From contig CM052849.1 of NCBI GenBank assembly GCA_028534125.1, forward strand, positions 20,274,001 to 20,338,000: a stretch of 64,000 bases of DNA, read 5' to 3'. The notes beneath the pieces were generated by a model. It ran no database searches. It had not been told where the DNA came from and saw only the letters and a program-made list of their open reading frames with translations. Made by a program: the position numbers and the translations under genes. The DNA comes from Lama glama (Eukaryota). Positions 61,901-64,000 of this stretch are shown in pieces; position 1 is the stretch's first letter; each line of letters opens with the position of its first letter.

Positions 61901-62169
61901 GTCACAGAACCCGGGGAGGGGCGTCCCTGTCCACCCCCACCTCTGCACTCAGCCTGGCACGCCTCCTTGCTACCTTCACATCACACAAACGCCTACAGAC
62001 AGAAATCTGTGGCTTCTGTGACTTGCTGTGGTTTGGTTTTGGGTTTGGTTTTCCGAAAGTGCAATGGCTTCACACTTCCCTCACTTGGCTGTACCTGGAG
62101 AGCTTCCACTGAGGGCGACAGATGTCGCCCCGGCTTCTGTTCATTGCGCTTATTTATTGAATAAGTAGA

Positions 62170-62620
62170 ACGCGTCGGTGGGACGCGGAGGGCCTGCGGT
62201 GAGAAGTTAGTCCTCACCCCGACCTCCCAGCCCCGCCCCGGGGAATGTGCGTCTTCCCAGAGAGGCTCCGCACGTGCGTGAGGACGCCGCACGTGCAGAC
62301 GCGCGTGTGTGAGAACGCTGCGCGCGTGGGAACGCAGCGGGGCCGTCGCGCGCGGCTGTGCGCCCGGGTGCTCACCGGGTCGGCGGCGGCCTCCGCGTCT
62401 GTGTGAAGACGCCTGGTTCCCGGAGCCCCGGGCTTAGCGTTTAAGTTGTTCCTGATCCTTCGTCGTCACAAGGGGTGTGCGCGCCGTGCAGCGCTGCCGG
62501 GGCCAGCGCCCAGCGGGCTCCTCGGGGCCGCGCGGGGTCCCCCGCCGGCAGCGTTGAGCTCCCTGCCGCTCGCTGGCTCGGTGTTCCGTCTTCGCCAGCC
62601 TGAACGGCGGGCATGGGGCC
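62170..62620. promoter_or_regulatory. Intragenic CpG island in MMP17 intron 6
   Basis: Dense CpG, a GC box at 62231-62239, CACGTG at 62271 and 62290. Confidence 0.65.
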
Positions 62621-62766
62621 CACTTCCTCTCGCCCTTCCCTTGACTAAACTGCTGTGGTCGCCGAGCCTGCAGGCAGTGACGTGAGGACCCTTTGGGGAC
62701 GCTGGTCCCCTGGGCGGCTCGGGAGTGGGGCTGCCTCCCAGCCCAGCCCCCTCTCTCTGCACCCAG

Positions 62767-62849
62767 GCCCAGGAAGGACGTGCCCCACCGGTGCAGCGGC
62801 CACTTCGACGCGGTGGCCCAGATCCGCGGCGAGGCCTTCTTCTTCAAAG
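62767..62849 (+). CDS. MMP17: MMP17 exon 7 (hemopexin start)
   Basis: ctgcacccag|G CCC AGG...AAA G|gtaacc; PRKDVPHRCSGHFDAVAQIRGEAFFFK. Confidence 0.96.
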
Positions 62850-62952
62850 GTAACCGCCCCCCGCCGCCCCCATCGCTGGACCCAGTGGCCGGTGGACTGA
62901 CGGACGGGCCCCAGCCCCACCCCTTGAAGCTCCACCCCCTCTGTCTCCCCAG

Positions 62953-63105
62953 GCAAGTACTTCTGGCGGCTGACCCGGGACCGCCACCTGGTGTCGCTGC
63001 AGCCGGCCCAGATGCACCGCTTCTGGCGGGGCCTGCCGCTGCACCTGGACAGCGTGGATGCCGTGTATGAGCGCACCAGTGACCACAAGATCGTCTTCTT
63101 CAAAG
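62953..63105 (+). CDS. MMP17: MMP17 exon 8 (hemopexin)
   Basis: gtctccccag|GC AAG TAC...AAA G|gtgggc; KYFWRLTRDRHLVSLQPAQMHRFWRGLPLHLDSVDAVYERTSDHKIVFFK. Confidence 0.96.
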
Positions 63106-64000
63106 GTGGGCAGGCCCCCACCCGGGTGCCTGCCGGGCATCGCTGGCGGGGAGCCGCAGCCTGCAGCCCCCAGACCCCCAAAGCTTGTGTCTGCACGGGA
63201 GGCCAGTCCTGTGGTTGGCTCTGTGGGTCTAGAGCACAGAGCAGAGAGTAGCCGGTTCATCTGTGCGCGCAACCGGTTCGTAGCGACTGAGCACCTGCCG
63301 CGTGCCCCGCGCTGTGGGAGGCTCGCAGCCGGCAGAACACTTTAAGTGCGTACTGACCATTCCAGTATCTCCCTTGGATTCCGGCCAAGGATTTTTAAAC
63401 GTGTTGCTTCTTTGTTTTCTAAATAACGGGGCTGATGGTTGCTAAGCCCTGGTGAGGGTGGGCGTAGACATAACAACCCCTCCCAGGGCATAATGTCACA
63501 CTCCCACCCTTCCGTGGGTGGCAGAGCAACCAAGGATGTTTCCAGAACACCAAGTCAAGGATATACCCAACAAGCCCCTTGATCACACCATGTTTGGAAA
63601 GTTTTGCATTCAGATTGGAAGTTCTTGGTGATTTCTAACCGCTCTGTCCTTGTCTTCCTGACGAGGGTGCACACGCGCATGCACGTGCGGTCAGGCCTCC
63701 ACCCGCGCCCTTCCTGCTTTGCGCGTGAGCGTGCTCAGCAGTGGTCAAGGCAGAGCGGAGCAAAGTGGCTTCTCGCGGGCTGGGCTCACCCCGGGTCTGT
63801 GAAGGGGCCGCCTTATGGGAAGCCGCGTCCTGGGCTGCTGTCCGGTGCAGGGCCCTGAGCCAGGCACGGAGCAGGTGCTCAGGGTTTACTCCTGCAGGCT
63901 GCGGGCGACGGCATCCCGGCGTCTACCTGGGGGAGGAGCAAGGGCTGGGGCCCTGCCCGGCGGGCTGGGCGAGCCCCAGCCCACGGCTCTTTCTCTCGCC

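Overview
Mammalian genomic DNA, GC- and CpG-rich. It is most likely camelid, judged from two tRNA-derived Vic-1-like SINEs. The + strand carries the 3' part of SFSWAP: 11 coding exons (human exons 8-18 by analogy), 7262-44765, with AATAAA at 45014. A CpG-island promoter and exons 1-8 of MMP17 (MT4-MMP, 47970-63105) follow; the window ends in the pyrimidine tract before exon 9. All 19 exons were joined by hand: every junction is GT-AG and the phases match. Introns hold old L1, L2, MIR, MaLR, MER41-like, Tigger1 and hAT remnants, plus two N gaps. No prokaryotic system, CRISPR array or new gene is supported. The best leads are all predictions. (1) An acceptor in SFSWAP intron 14 could give an in-frame 21-nt microexon, a stop-containing poison exon, or an alternative last exon ending at a poly(A)-signal cluster. 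(2) There are further poison/cryptic exon candidates, one directly behind a (UG)17 tract. (3) Tandem POU-octamer pairs occur at both the MMP17 promoter and intron 1. (4) GC-biased substitution appears to have reshaped repeats and an SFSWAP exon. Repeat family names and human/mouse comparisons are from memory, not from searches.
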